A stretch of DNA of 64,000 nt from contig CAXXGJ010000038.1 of the NCBI GenBank assembly GCA_963677895.2, positions 448,001 through 512,000 on the forward strand, read 5' to 3'. Below, piece by piece: positions 9,295 to 19,281 of the stretch; the stretch's first letter is position 1, and every line of letters starts with the position of its first letter. A program made the translations under genes and the position numbers. Under the pieces are notes generated by a model. The model was not told the origin of the DNA. It saw only the letters and a list, made by a program, of their open reading frames with translations, and did no database searches. The stretch is from Treponemataceae bacterium. Lineage in GTDB: Bacteria > Spirochaetota > Spirochaetia > Treponematales > Rectinemataceae.

Positions 9295-10406
9295 GGCAGG
9301 AGATATGACTCGTATCCCAGGTCCTTGAGTTTGGCCTGGGTCTTGGACCAATCCCCCGACGCATCCACGATCACCGCCCAGCGCAGTTCGCCCTCTTTCG
9401 TCTTCTGCTCGTCGGTTTTAGCCGAAAATCCCAATTTTACGAGTTTCGCGGTCAAGGTCGTGGCATTTTCCCTGCGAGAAAACCACCCTACCTGCAGCTG
9501 CGTCGAGGAACTCTCCGATTCAGCTGACTGGGTTTTGGGAACCTCAGGCTTGGCCAGGCTGCGCTCCCCGTCCGTCACGCCCGTCACTGTCCGGGAGGGC
9601 GAATAGAGCGCCGACAGGAGCCAGGAAGCCGGCTTGGCGAGCACTTCTTTCCTGGTAAGAGCTTGTTCCATGGAGCCGGGGAACTCGGTCCGGAGCATGG
9701 TTTCCACGCTTCTCGCGTCCAGCCCCTTGGTGGAAACCTTGAATTCCACGAATTCGGGCGAGCCGGCCGCCAGCCAGAGCAGAAAAAGAGCCTCGCGCCG
9801 CGAGGCTTGGCCGCCTTTCTCCGAGACAAGAGGCTGCGACAGTATGAAGGCCTTCTCCGGCTCGCCTTCGAACAGATAGAGCCAGGAAAGGGCGAGCCGT
9901 CGAGCCGGTTCCCAGGATTCCCCTTCCTCGTCGCCGGGGACAAGATCCAGCTGCGTTTTTGCCGCTGCGGTATTTCCCGCCGCCAGGTAGCAACGAGCTG
10001 CCTTGAGGTTCAAGTCGGGGTGAATTCCCGCGGCGGCTGTCGATCCCTGCGAATACAAGGAAGCGGCATCGTCATAGCGTCCCGCCAAGAGGGCGATGGA
10101 GCCCGCGAAAGCGGCCAGGTCGGCGCATTGCGCCGCCGGGGCCTTGGGCAGGAATTCCCTGCAGAGAGCGACGGCGTCGTGGAGGGGCAGCGCGAGCGCG
10201 TAGGCTTCCAGATAGTTGCCGAAGGCTTCCTTTCCCGTCATTTTGGCGACGGCGCTTCTGGCCGCCGCGAGTGTCGGCTCTCCGATAATTTTAGGCGTTG
10301 ACGGTACGGCCGGCGCGGTTGGCGCCGTGGGCGGTTTGGAGCTTTGCCCAAAAGCCGCGGCGGCCATGAAAACGAGAAAAAGCAGCGCCGTCAGTTTTCT
10401 ATTCAT
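9291..10406 (-). CDS. Exported TPR-like + C-terminal SPOR domain protein
   Basis: Signal peptide, Pro/Ala linker, helical repeats and SPOR-like LQVGWFSRRENA...LKDLGYESY. Confidence 0.8.
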   Translation of the reverse strand: MNRKLTALLFLVFMAAAAFGQSSKPPTAPTAPAVPSTPKIIGEPTLAAARSAVAKMTGKEAFGNYLEAYALALPLHDAVALCREFLPKAPAAQCADLAAFAGSIALLAGRYDDAASLYSQGSTAAAGIHPDLNLKAARCYLAAGNTAAAKTQLDLVPGDEEGESWEPARRLALSWLYLFEGEPEKAFILSQPLVSEKGGQASRREALFLLWLAAGSPEFVEFKVSTKGLDARSVETMLRTEFPGSMEQALTRKEVLAKPASWLLSALYSPSRTVTGVTDGERSLAKPEVPKTQSAESESSSTQLQVGWFSRRENATTLTAKLVKLGFSAKTDEQKTKEGELRWAVIVDASGDWSKTQAKLKDLGYESYLLP

Positions 10407-11769
10407 GCACCTCTTCCGCCCTGAACGTGTTGCCCGATTTCGCGGACAGCTTAACCCGCGCGAATTGGCCTATCCTGGATGGATCGGCCGGCAGCACGAC
10501 CATTTCGTCCCTGGCCGTCCTGGCCAGCATTTCCTTCGAGGACCGCCGGGATTTGCCCTCGATGAGCACTTCGTCCACGGCTCCAAATCTTTCCGCCATG
10601 AGCTCCGTGCTTATTTCCTTCTGGAGGGCGATAACCCGCGCCAGTCTCGCTTTCTTGACCTTGTCGGGAACCCTGTCCGGCAATTCAATCGCCGGAGTGC
10701 CATCCCTCGGATTGAAATGATACATGAAAGCGAAAGCGAAACGTACTTTCCTCATCAAGTCGAGGGTTTCCTCCAGATCTTCCTCCGTCTCCCCAGGAAA
10801 GCCCACGAGGATGTCGGTGGACAGGGAGAGGCCGGGAATGCCGGCTCTCATCATGTCAACGAGGCCAAGAAAGTATTCCTTCGTATATTTTCGGTTCATA
10901 AGGGCGAGAACTCGATTGGAACCGGACTGAATGCACAGATGGATATGCCGGCAGAAAATCGGTTCCTCGGCGATCACCCGGACAAGCTCCTCGGAAAGGT
11001 CCTTGGGGTGACTGGTGAGAAAACGTATCCAGCCGATGCCGGCCGTGGCGGTATGGCTAGCCGCGCCGGCCGCGCTCGCTTCCCCGGCCGCGCGCCCTTT
11101 TTCCCGCAGGTGAGCCGCGATTAGCCTGAGCAGCCCGGGGAAGTCGATGCCGCCTTCCTCTCCCGCCCAGCGGTAGGAATTGACGTTCTGCCCCAGGAGG
11201 GTAACCTCACGCACGCCCGCCGCCTCGAGACCGTCCAGCTCGGCCAGGATGTCCGCGGGCGAACGCGAAATTTCCCTGCCGCGTACGTGGGGCACGATGC
11301 AGTAGCTGCAGAAGTTGTTGCAGCCGTGCATGATGGGCACGAAGGCCCTGAAAGCGCCCGGATCGTGGTGGGTTTTCGAGAAGACATATGAAGGCGATTC
11401 ATCGGCCAGATTATAATGCGTACCGGCCGCTATCTGGTCCAGCACGAGGCCGAAGGACTGCTTTTGGAAGGTGCCCAAAACGTAGTCGATTTCCGGCGTC
11501 CGCTTCCTCATCTCTTCGTGATACTGCTCCGCCATGCAGCCCACCACCATGAGGGCGAATTTTCGCCTGCGCTTTTCGGCCGCGAAAAGGGAAATCCTTG
11601 CCCAGGCGCGGTTTTCGGCCGTCGCCCGGACGGTGCAGGTGTTGATCAGGACGAGATCGGCTTCTTCCCTGGCTCCGCTCCGCCAGCCATGTTCGCGCAG
11701 CATTGTCTCCAGGGCCGCGGACTCTGCTTTATTCATCTCGCAGCCGTATGTTTCGAGGTAGTACTTCAT
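10399..11769 (-). CDS. miaB: tRNA-2-methylthio-N6-dimethylallyladenosine synthase
   Basis: TYGCEMN, NTCTVR, GCMAE, radical SAM CNNFCSYC, QSGSNRVL and a C-terminal TRAM domain. Confidence 0.93.
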   Translation of the reverse strand: MKYYLETYGCEMNKAESAALETMLREHGWRSGAREEADLVLINTCTVRATAENRAWARISLFAAEKRRRKFALMVVGCMAEQYHEEMRKRTPEIDYVLGTFQKQSFGLVLDQIAAGTHYNLADESPSYVFSKTHHDPGAFRAFVPIMHGCNNFCSYCIVPHVRGREISRSPADILAELDGLEAAGVREVTLLGQNVNSYRWAGEEGGIDFPGLLRLIAAHLREKGRAAGEASAAGAASHTATAGIGWIRFLTSHPKDLSEELVRVIAEEPIFCRHIHLCIQSGSNRVLALMNRKYTKEYFLGLVDMMRAGIPGLSLSTDILVGFPGETEEDLEETLDLMRKVRFAFAFMYHFNPRDGTPAIELPDRVPDKVKKARLARVIALQKEISTELMAERFGAVDEVLIEGKSRRSSKEMLARTARDEMVVLPADPSRIGQFARVKLSAKSGNTFRAEEVHE

Positions 11770-11783
11770 TGAATGGATATCCG

Positions 11784-12140
11784 TCAGTTCTTTTTGCGAA
11801 GCCCCGTCAGGAAGCCTCCGATGTTCGCGAGACCGTAGATGAGAAGCCCGATGCCGCCCAGGCTGAGGAGGCTATGCGCGATACCCGGCAGGAACATGGT
11901 CGTAAGGCCGGCGATGCCGGCCACCGTGAAGACCGTTCCCGATACTTTGTCGGTCTTGGTCTTGCCGAAGACGCCCATGGCGCCGAGCACGAGCATGCCC
12001 GCGGAAAGAGCCCAGCCCAGTACTGGTATGCCGAGGAGCGCGTTGATGCCGAGAAGGCCGACGCCCGCCCCGGCCGACATTATGCCCTTGGTGCCTTTTT
12101 CGCTTAAGTCTTTCTGCTCGACGGGATATTTATCGGACAT
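11784..12140 (-). CDS. Small Gly-rich membrane protein
   Basis: AAGGAG RBS, about four hydrophobic segments, located in the folE2-miaB operon. Confidence 0.75.
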   Translation of the reverse strand: MSDKYPVEQKDLSEKGTKGIMSAGAGVGLLGINALLGIPVLGWALSAGMLVLGAMGVFGKTKTDKVSGTVFTVAGIAGLTTMFLPGIAHSLLSLGGIGLLIYGLANIGGFLTGLRKKN

Positions 12141-12152
12141 AGTCGCTCCTTT

Positions 12153-12920
12153 TCAGTTTTTTTCTACAAAGGCATACGCCGAATGATTATGTATGCTTTC
12201 GAAGTTCTCGGCTTCGACGGAGAACTTTGGAAACTTTCCCAGTTTGTCCACTTTTAAATATACTTCTCGCACAAGGTCCTCGACAAACCTCGGACGGTCA
12301 TATGACCTTTCGGTGACATATTTTTCGTCCTCGCGCTTTAGCAGGGTGTAGAGATCGCTGGAGGCGGAATCCTCCACGATGGCGATCATGTCCTCGAACC
12401 AGAAAAACGGCCCCAGGGCGACCTTCAGGGTCACGAGTCCCCTCTGGTTGTGCGCCCCCTGGCTGGATATGGCCTTCGAGCAGGGACAGACGGTCTGCAC
12501 GGGAACGGTCACGCCGGCGATGAAAGAATGGCCTGCCGCCGAAACCTTCCCCTCGTAGGAACAATCGTAGCTCATTATCGAAGTCTGCCCCGAAACGGGC
12601 GCCGCCTTCTGGATGAAATAGGGAAAGTGTATGTCGGAATAAGCCGTTTCGGCTTCCAGCTCCGCGCGTATTTTCTGGAGCATCTTGAGGAAATTGGGCA
12701 TCGAAAGGTCCGAGCGGAATTCCTCGAAAACCTCGATGAAGCGGCTCATGTGCGTGCCCTTGAATTCGTGGGGAAGGTCGGCGTAGAGATTGACGACGGC
12801 CGTGGTGTGCTGGATCTGGGCGGTCTTATCCCTGAGCGTTATCGGATAACGCACGCCTTTCACGCCCACTTTCTGGATGGGGATGCGGCGCTCATCTTTC
12901 ATGGATTGAACATCGACCAT
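12153..12920 (-). CDS. folE2: GTP cyclohydrolase IB
   Basis: DVQS, IQKVGV, KGTHMSRF, TVCPCSK, GAHNQR, LKREDEK, FVEDLVR and ESIHNHSA motifs. Confidence 0.95.
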   Translation of the reverse strand: MVDVQSMKDERRIPIQKVGVKGVRYPITLRDKTAQIQHTTAVVNLYADLPHEFKGTHMSRFIEVFEEFRSDLSMPNFLKMLQKIRAELEAETAYSDIHFPYFIQKAAPVSGQTSIMSYDCSYEGKVSAAGHSFIAGVTVPVQTVCPCSKAISSQGAHNQRGLVTLKVALGPFFWFEDMIAIVEDSASSDLYTLLKREDEKYVTERSYDRPRFVEDLVREVYLKVDKLGKFPKFSVEAENFESIHNHSAYAFVEKN

Positions 12921-12960
12921 GGATTGCTCGACCTCCGGGTCGTTTCTTTTCAGTCGGCCC

Positions 12961-13836
12961 TCATGTGGCCGAACGGGATGCTGCTTCGACAGTATTGGCG
13001 AGAAGCATGGTGATCGTCATGGGTCCGACGCCGCCCGGCACGGGCGTAATCCATCCCGCCACCCTGGACGCCGCTTCGAAATCCACGTCGCCGGTCAATC
13101 GATAGCCCTTGGCCGCCGCGGCGTCTTCCACCCGGTTCACGCCGACATCGATGACGCAGGCGCCAGGCTTGACCATGTCGCCGCGTATAAGGCCGGCTTT
13201 CCCGGCACATGCTATTAGAATATCGGCGTTCTTGCAATACGACGCCAGATCTTTCGTCCCCGTATGGCAGACCGTCACCGTGGCGTTGATGGATTTACGC
13301 ACAAGCAGGTTCATGAGGGGTTTGCCGACGATATTGGACCTGCCCACGACGACGACATTGGCGCCCCTTGTCGGGATTCCGCTCCGCTTTATCATCTCGA
13401 GGATGCCGGCCGGCGTGCAAGGCAGGTAGCAGGGTTCCTCGAGGAACATCCTGCCTATATTTATCGGCGTGAATCCGTCCACGTCCTTGTCCGGTGAAAT
13501 CGCCGCTATCACCGCGTTTTCGTCTATATGGCCGGGAAGCGGAAGCTGGACGAGTATTCCGTGCACCCTGTCGTCGCCGTTATAGGCCTTCACCAGGGCC
13601 AGGAGTTCTTCCTGACTCGTCGACGCGGGAAGATGGCGTCCATAGCTGGCGATCCCCGCCTCGGCGCAGGCCTTTTCCTTTCCGGTAACGTAGGAAAGGG
13701 AGGCCGGATCCTCGCCCACCAGGACGACGGCCAAACCCGGCACGATGCCTTGGGCGGCGAGCGCCTGCACTCTTGTTTTTATTTCCGCGCGGATTTCTTT
13801 CGCGATTTCCTTTCCGTTTATGATGGCAGCCGGCAT
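12961..13836 (-). CDS. folD: Methylenetetrahydrofolate dehydrogenase/cyclohydrolase
   Basis: YVTGK, ILVQLPLP, KDVDG, PCTP, GRSNIVGKP and TPVPGGVGPMT. GGAGG RBS before ATG 13836. Confidence 0.96.
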   Translation of the reverse strand: MPAAIINGKEIAKEIRAEIKTRVQALAAQGIVPGLAVVLVGEDPASLSYVTGKEKACAEAGIASYGRHLPASTSQEELLALVKAYNGDDRVHGILVQLPLPGHIDENAVIAAISPDKDVDGFTPINIGRMFLEEPCYLPCTPAGILEMIKRSGIPTRGANVVVVGRSNIVGKPLMNLLVRKSINATVTVCHTGTKDLASYCKNADILIACAGKAGLIRGDMVKPGACVIDVGVNRVEDAAAAKGYRLTGDVDFEAASRVAGWITPVPGGVGPMTITMLLANTVEAASRSAT

Positions 13837-13857
13837 TTTGTCCCCTCCTTTATTCAA

Positions 13858-15066
13858 TCATCTACTATAGTGAAGAAACCTATCGAAATACGCTCTGTAT
13901 TTCGCGGCGGCCAGCCTGGCATCCTCGGGATCTATGATCAGGCTGAAGGCGAAATACGCTTCTTTTTCCATGTCGAAGAAAAATCCCGGATGCACGTAGA
14001 TTCCTTCATCGTGCAGAAGACCCCGCGCGAGCTCTTCCTCGCCGGCGAAACGCGGACTCTGCACGAGGGCCGTCCAGCCGCCCTCGCAGGCGAGGACCCG
14101 ATGCGGCGAGCCCTCGTATTCCAGGATGTCCCGGTAAATGCCGTAGACGTTCCGCATGCGTTCCCGCACCGCCGAAACCGTTTCGTCCTCCCTTGAAAGA
14201 AGCTTGCCCACGGCGTTCATGATAGGCGTTCCCGCGGAAAGGAAGGCGTCGGAGATGAGCTCGAGGGAGCCGATGGCGCTCGTGACCTCTTCCTCGGGAC
14301 CCGAGACCGAAATCCAGCCCAGCTTCATCTGCGGTAGACAGAGCCGCTTGGAAAGGCCATCGAGAACGAAGGTGAGGACCTCTTCCCTGCCGCGAAGGGA
14401 GACCCTCCCCTCCCTGGGCTCGAGTTCGTATCCATGGAATACTTCATCGGAAATGATGGCCAGGGAATGGACGCGGCAGAGCTCAGTAATGGCAGCCAGT
14501 TCCGTTTCGTGCAGGTAGGAACCGGTGGGGTTGTTGGGATTGATGAGGACAATGGCCTTGACGCTTGCGCCGTCCGGGCCTTCCAGTATTTCCTGAATGG
14601 AGGAAAGGTCGATGCGCCAGCCGTAAGGATGACGATATTCGAGCCTGTAGCCCAGAGCCCGCACCGATTCCAAGGCCGCCAGATGGTCGAAAAGAGGATA
14701 TCCCGGTCTCGGCACGAGAACCGATTCGCCGGGATCGCAGAGAAGCTTGAAAAGGTAGGAATATGCTTCCGAAGTCGACGCGCAGAGAATAAGATGGTTC
14801 CCGTCGACGCTTTTCCCGGATAGCGACAGATGGGAGGCTATGTCGGCGCGTCCGCGCGCCAAACCCTTGGGGTCGGGAGAATAGAGGCGGTTTTCGTCGC
14901 TGGAAAGCGCCAGCGCCAGCTCCGAAGCCTGATGGGCGAATCCGGTCTTCGTGGGATTCGACTGCGACAGGTCGAAAACAGGCAGGTCCAGGCGTTTTCG
15001 CTCGCTTCGCTCCAGTTCCAGATCGTTTCGGGCGGCGGAAAAATCAATGCGTTTCGAGAAGTTCAT
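13858..15066 (-). CDS. PLP-dependent aminotransferase class I/II
   Basis: PRPGYPLF, INPNNPTG, ISDEVF and GLSKRLCLPQMKLGW (PLP lysine). Confidence 0.9.
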   Translation of the reverse strand: MNFSKRIDFSAARNDLELERSERKRLDLPVFDLSQSNPTKTGFAHQASELALALSSDENRLYSPDPKGLARGRADIASHLSLSGKSVDGNHLILCASTSEAYSYLFKLLCDPGESVLVPRPGYPLFDHLAALESVRALGYRLEYRHPYGWRIDLSSIQEILEGPDGASVKAIVLINPNNPTGSYLHETELAAITELCRVHSLAIISDEVFHGYELEPREGRVSLRGREEVLTFVLDGLSKRLCLPQMKLGWISVSGPEEEVTSAIGSLELISDAFLSAGTPIMNAVGKLLSREDETVSAVRERMRNVYGIYRDILEYEGSPHRVLACEGGWTALVQSPRFAGEEELARGLLHDEGIYVHPGFFFDMEKEAYFAFSLIIDPEDARLAAAKYRAYFDRFLHYSR

Positions 15067-15175
15067 TTCGCCGTAGTATATTGAATAAGCGAGCCTTATA
15101 ACAAGATACGGAAGGAAGGCGAACCTCCAGGAATCCAGCGGCGCCAAGCCTGAAACCCATTGCGTCGATGCATGA

Positions 15176-15211
15176 TTGACTGGATAAAGCTTATATAGTA
15201 TTATCTATATA
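15176..15211 (+). promoter_or_regulatory. Sigma70 promoter of cdr with an overlapping palindrome
   Basis: TTGACT-N17-TATTAT; TATATAG-N6-CTATATA straddles the -10. Confidence 0.6.
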
Positions 15212-15226
15212 TAAGGAGTCTTTAAT

Positions 15227-16918
15227 ATGAAGCTAGTAATTATCGGAGGCGTGGCGGCAGGCGCGACAGCGGCGGCCAGGGCAAGAAGACTCGATGAGAC
15301 GGCCGAGATCACCCTCGTCGAAAAAGGCCCTTATGTATCGTTCGCGAACTGCGGCCTGCCCTATAGGCTCTCGGGCGATATAACCAAACGGAGCGCCCTC
15401 ATCCTGCAGACCGCCGAAGGATTCTTTTCCCGATATAAAGTCGACGTGGCCCTGAAGACCGAGGCCATAGCCATCGACAAGGCCGCGCGCTCCGTCCGCG
15501 TCCGCGGTCCCGAAGGCGAGCGCGATATCTCCTACGACAAGCTCATACTCGCCCAGGGCGGAACGCCCTTCGTGCCACCGGTCGAAGGCGTCGATTCGCC
15601 CAATGTTTTCCGCCTCTGGACCATCCCCGACATGGATGCCATCAACGCGTTCATTGCCGATACGGGAGCGAAATCCGCCATCGTTGTGGGCGGCGGCTTC
15701 ATCGGGCTCGAAACCGCCGAAGCCTTCATAAAGCGCGGCCTCTCGACCTCCATAGTGGAACTCACCGACCAGCTGATGCCGCCCGCCGACCCTGAATTCG
15801 GCGCTCAGATAGCGAAAGCCTTCATGGAGGCCGGAGCCGCCGTTTACACGAAGAAATCCATCAAGAAAATAGACTACGCCACCCATAGCGTCGAATTGAG
15901 CGACGGGACGAAGCTCGATGCCGATATAGTGCTCATGTCGGCCGGAGTGCGGCCCAACACCGAACTCGCCAAATCGGCGGGACTCGCGATCGGCGCTTCG
16001 GGCGGCCTTCTCGTCGACGAATTCCTCCGGACGAGCGACAAGGATATTTTTGCCGCCGGCGACATGGTGGAGCTGGTCAGAAGGGTGGATGGGGCCAAGG
16101 TCAGGATTCCGCTGGCGGGACCCGCGAACAGGCAGGGACGGATCGCGGCGACGAACGCCCTGGCGGGCTATGGGAATGCGCCGGGATACACCGGCGGCAT
16201 GAAAAAGTACGCCGGGGCCCTCGGCACCTCAGTGTTCAAGGCGGTGGACTATACCTTCGCCCAGACCGGACTCTCCGAAAAAGCCGCCAAGGCGGCGGGC
16301 ATCCAAGCCCGGGCAGTCCATGTCCACAGGGCTCATCATGCCAGCTATTACCCAGGCTACAAGGAACTATCGCTCAAGTTGGTCTATGCCGAGGACGGCA
16401 GGCTGCTCGGAGCACAGGCATTCGGCGAAGCCGGCGTGGAAAAGCGCATCGACGTGCTCGCCACCGCCCTCGCCGCGAGGATGAAGCTCTCCGATCTGGC
16501 CGAACTGGATCTTTCCTACGCCCCGCCCTATTCCAGCGCCAACGATCCCATACAGATGGCCACCTTCGCGGCCGAGAACGATCTCTCCGGCTACTCGCCC
16601 TTCGTATCCCCCCAAGAAGCGGCGCTCGCGGCGGCGGAAAATAAAAACGCCGTCACATTCCTCGATGTCAGGAATTTCGGCGAATACATGAAAGGCCACC
16701 TGGCCGGATCCCTTCACATTCCCCTCGACGAAATCCGGGACAGGCTGGAAGAAATCCCGAAAAACGCGAAGCTCCTCATCCTCTCCCTGGCCGGATTCGA
16801 AGGCCACCTGGCTTCCAGGATACTGCGGCAAAACGGCTTCAGCGCCCCGGTCTACGTTTCGGGAGGCATGACCAGCATGAGACTTTTTGGAGGCTTCGAA
16901 GAGATTGTCGGGGACTGA
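15227..16918 (+). CDS. cdr: CoA-disulfide/persulfide reductase with C-terminal rhodanese domain
   Basis: GGVAAGA, YVSFANCGLPY redox Cys, GGGFIGLE, AAGD, LAGPANRQG, YAPPYS, then LDVR rhodanese domain. Confidence 0.88.
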   Translation: MKLVIIGGVAAGATAAARARRLDETAEITLVEKGPYVSFANCGLPYRLSGDITKRSALILQTAEGFFSRYKVDVALKTEAIAIDKAARSVRVRGPEGERDISYDKLILAQGGTPFVPPVEGVDSPNVFRLWTIPDMDAINAFIADTGAKSAIVVGGGFIGLETAEAFIKRGLSTSIVELTDQLMPPADPEFGAQIAKAFMEAGAAVYTKKSIKKIDYATHSVELSDGTKLDADIVLMSAGVRPNTELAKSAGLAIGASGGLLVDEFLRTSDKDIFAAGDMVELVRRVDGAKVRIPLAGPANRQGRIAATNALAGYGNAPGYTGGMKKYAGALGTSVFKAVDYTFAQTGLSEKAAKAAGIQARAVHVHRAHHASYYPGYKELSLKLVYAEDGRLLGAQAFGEAGVEKRIDVLATALAARMKLSDLAELDLSYAPPYSSANDPIQMATFAAENDLSGYSPFVSPQEAALAAAENKNAVTFLDVRNFGEYMKGHLAGSLHIPLDEIRDRLEEIPKNAKLLILSLAGFEGHLASRILRQNGFSAPVYVSGGMTSMRLFGGFEEIVGD

Positions 16919-17024
16919 GGAGGCTAGGCTTTCCCTTCGTCAGCGTTGCCGGGCAGAACTCGGCATGAGAATAGCGGCGCCGGACTTAACCAGGCGCCGC
17001 ACACTTTGAAACAAGGAGATTGGA

Positions 17025-17306
17025 ATGGGATTTTTCAACAGCGTGGAACAGAAAATCAAAGCCGGGGCCGTCGTCGTCGATGTCCGCAGTCAGGACGAAT
17101 TCGCGGACGAGCACTTCCCCAAGGCATTGAACATACCCGTCAACGAACTTTCGGCCAGAGCCGCGGAGATCGGCCCCAAAGACAAGCCCGTCGTGCTCTA
17201 CTGCGCCTCGGGGGCGCGGAGCGCCATGGGCGCCCGCATCCTCAAGTCTTTGGGCTTCGCCGACGTCGTCAACGCCGGCGGCCTCTCCGACATGCCCGGC
17301 TTCTAG
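17025..17306 (+). CDS. Single-domain rhodanese/sulfurtransferase
   Basis: VVDVRS...H...ALNIP and active loop YCASGARS; AAGGAG RBS. Confidence 0.92.
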   Translation: MGFFNSVEQKIKAGAVVVDVRSQDEFADEHFPKALNIPVNELSARAAEIGPKDKPVVLYCASGARSAMGARILKSLGFADVVNAGGLSDMPGF

Positions 17307-17307
17307 C

Positions 17308-18372
17308 CTACTTGCCTACTTTTATTTCCTGCCACGCGGCATTGTACTTCTCGAGATCGGCGCCCACGTCCTTCTTGAGTTCGCAGGGGACGAGAGACTC
17401 GGCCGTGTAATAGCTCGGCCCTTTCTTGAGCGCTCCCGCGGCCGAATTGCCCGTGGCGGGGAAACCAAAAGCGTCGCAGAATTCGGCATAGATCTCCGGC
17501 CGGTGGATGAAGTCTATGAACTTCATCGCCATATCCTTGTTTTTCGAATTCTTGAGGATGACCATGGAATCGATGTAGCTGGGACCGCCTTCTTTCGGAA
17601 TGAAGAAATCGATTTCGCCCCAACGACTCTGGTCTAGTTCCGCATAGATCGATTCCGCGTACCCTTGAGCCACCCAAACCTCGCCCGCCGCGAAGTTCTT
17701 AGCGAAAGCCTCGGCGTCGAACTTGAGGAGATTGGGTTTCCATACATCGTTCACCAGGACTTTGGCCTTCTCTATCTCCGCCACATCCACCGTGTTGACC
17801 GAATACCCGAGATATTTCAGCGCGTCGCCCAATACTTCACGCATATCGTCCAGCATGATCATCTTTCCAGCCAGATCCTTGCGCCCGAAAATGGACCATG
17901 ACTTTTCGTATTCGGGAACCTTGGTCTTGTTGACGGCCACGCCGGCCGCGCCCATGTAATAAGGAATCGAGTATTCGTTGCCCGGATCGAAATCGCTCTT
18001 CGCGAGCACGTCGGGCGCGATGTTGCCATAATTCTTGAGCGCCGCGTGGTCTATCTTCTGGAGCATCTTCTCCTTGATCATGATCGAGACATAGTCGCCC
18101 GAGGGAAAGCAGAGGTCGTAATTGGCGCCGCCGGCCTTCAGCTTGGCGAACATCTCCTCGTTGGACGCGAAGGAGTCGTACACCACATCGACGCCGTATT
18201 CCTTCTCGAATTTTTCAATGACCGAGTCCGGCGTGTAGTAGGTCCAGTTAAAGATGTACAGTTTTTTAGACGATTTTGCGTCGCCACCCGAACAGCCGCT
18301 GAACACAAGCACCAAAGCGAGGAGAAGCAGCGCCGAAAGATCGAGTCTCATGGCGCGGAGGATGTTTTTCAT
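17308..18372 (-). CDS. potD: Spermidine/putrescine ABC transporter substrate-binding lipoprotein
   Basis: Lipobox FSGC; FNWTYY, SNEEMFAKL, PSGDY and PKEGG motifs. Confidence 0.9.
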   Translation of the reverse strand: MKNILRAMRLDLSALLLLALVLVFSGCSGGDAKSSKKLYIFNWTYYTPDSVIEKFEKEYGVDVVYDSFASNEEMFAKLKAGGANYDLCFPSGDYVSIMIKEKMLQKIDHAALKNYGNIAPDVLAKSDFDPGNEYSIPYYMGAAGVAVNKTKVPEYEKSWSIFGRKDLAGKMIMLDDMREVLGDALKYLGYSVNTVDVAEIEKAKVLVNDVWKPNLLKFDAEAFAKNFAAGEVWVAQGYAESIYAELDQSRWGEIDFFIPKEGGPSYIDSMVILKNSKNKDMAMKFIDFIHRPEIYAEFCDAFGFPATGNSAAGALKKGPSYYTAESLVPCELKKDVGADLEKYNAAWQEIKVGK

Positions 18373-18402
18373 GAAAACCCTCCTTGTTGGGATAGAGCCA
18401 CC

Positions 18403-19281
18403 TCAACGGGCGGCAAAAACCTTCAGGAAATTCCTCAACGGATAGACGAGGAGCACCGTGCCCGCGACCATGACGGCCGACAGCGCGTTGACGACGGGCG
18501 ATACCCCAAATCTAATCATGGAATAAATATACAGAGGCAAGGTCGTCGCCCCCGGGCCCGACACGAAAAAGGTGATGACAAAGTCTTCCAGCGACAGCGT
18601 GATGGCGGTGAGAAAAGCCGAAGCTATGCCGGGCAGCGCCATCGGGATGATAACCCTGAACAGGGTCTGAAGTTCGGAGGCGCCCAGGTCGCGGGCCGCC
18701 TCGACGATCGTGGGATCCGATTCCTCCAGCCTCGCCGAAACGAGCAGATAGACAAAGGGAATGTTGAAGGTGGTGTGGGCGATCCACACTGTCATCATGC
18801 CGAGCTGCAGGCCGATGCCGGCAAAGAATATGAGAAGGGAGACGCCGACGACGATTTCGGGCAGGATCATCGGGATGAAGCTCATCGTGGCCACGTATGA
18901 TTTCAGCTTGAACGAATAGCGGGCGGTGCCCACCGCGGCGAGCGTTCCCAGGACTGTAGCCATGAGGGCGCTCGAAAAGGCTATGATCACGGAATTCTGG
19001 AAGGCTTTCCACAGGTCGGGGGAGTCCATGAAGAGCTTCTGATACCAGACGAAGGAAAAGCCCGTCCACTCGCCCGACCTCGACTTGTTGAAGGAATAGG
19101 CGATGAGGACGACAAGGGGCATGAAGAGAAAGCCGATGACGATCCAGTAGATGATATTCGAGCCGAGTGCCTTTTTCGGCACCAGCTTGATGGCCGCCTT
19201 GGCGCCCTTCCTCACGATTCGCCTGGCGTGAAAGAGCGCGGCGATCCTCAATGGCCCGAACTTATGGATGCGGGCGGCCAT
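18403..19281 (-). CDS. potC: Spermidine/putrescine ABC permease
   Basis: YSFN, GFSFVWY, EAARDLGA loop and TTLPLYIYSMIR. Confidence 0.9.
   Translation of the reverse strand: MAARIHKFGPLRIAALFHARRIVRKGAKAAIKLVPKKALGSNIIYWIVIGFLFMPLVVLIAYSFNKSRSGEWTGFSFVWYQKLFMDSPDLWKAFQNSVIIAFSSALMATVLGTLAAVGTARYSFKLKSYVATMSFIPMILPEIVVGVSLLIFFAGIGLQLGMMTVWIAHTTFNIPFVYLLVSARLEESDPTIVEAARDLGASELQTLFRVIIPMALPGIASAFLTAITLSLEDFVITFFVSGPGATTLPLYIYSMIRFGVSPVVNALSAVMVAGTVLLVYPLRNFLKVFAAR

Noticed and set aside
760..12920. queD + folE2 as part of a 7-deazaguanine DNA-modification (dpd) defence island
   Set aside because: The genes are 11 kb apart in housekeeping contexts, with no dpdA, queC or queE nearby.
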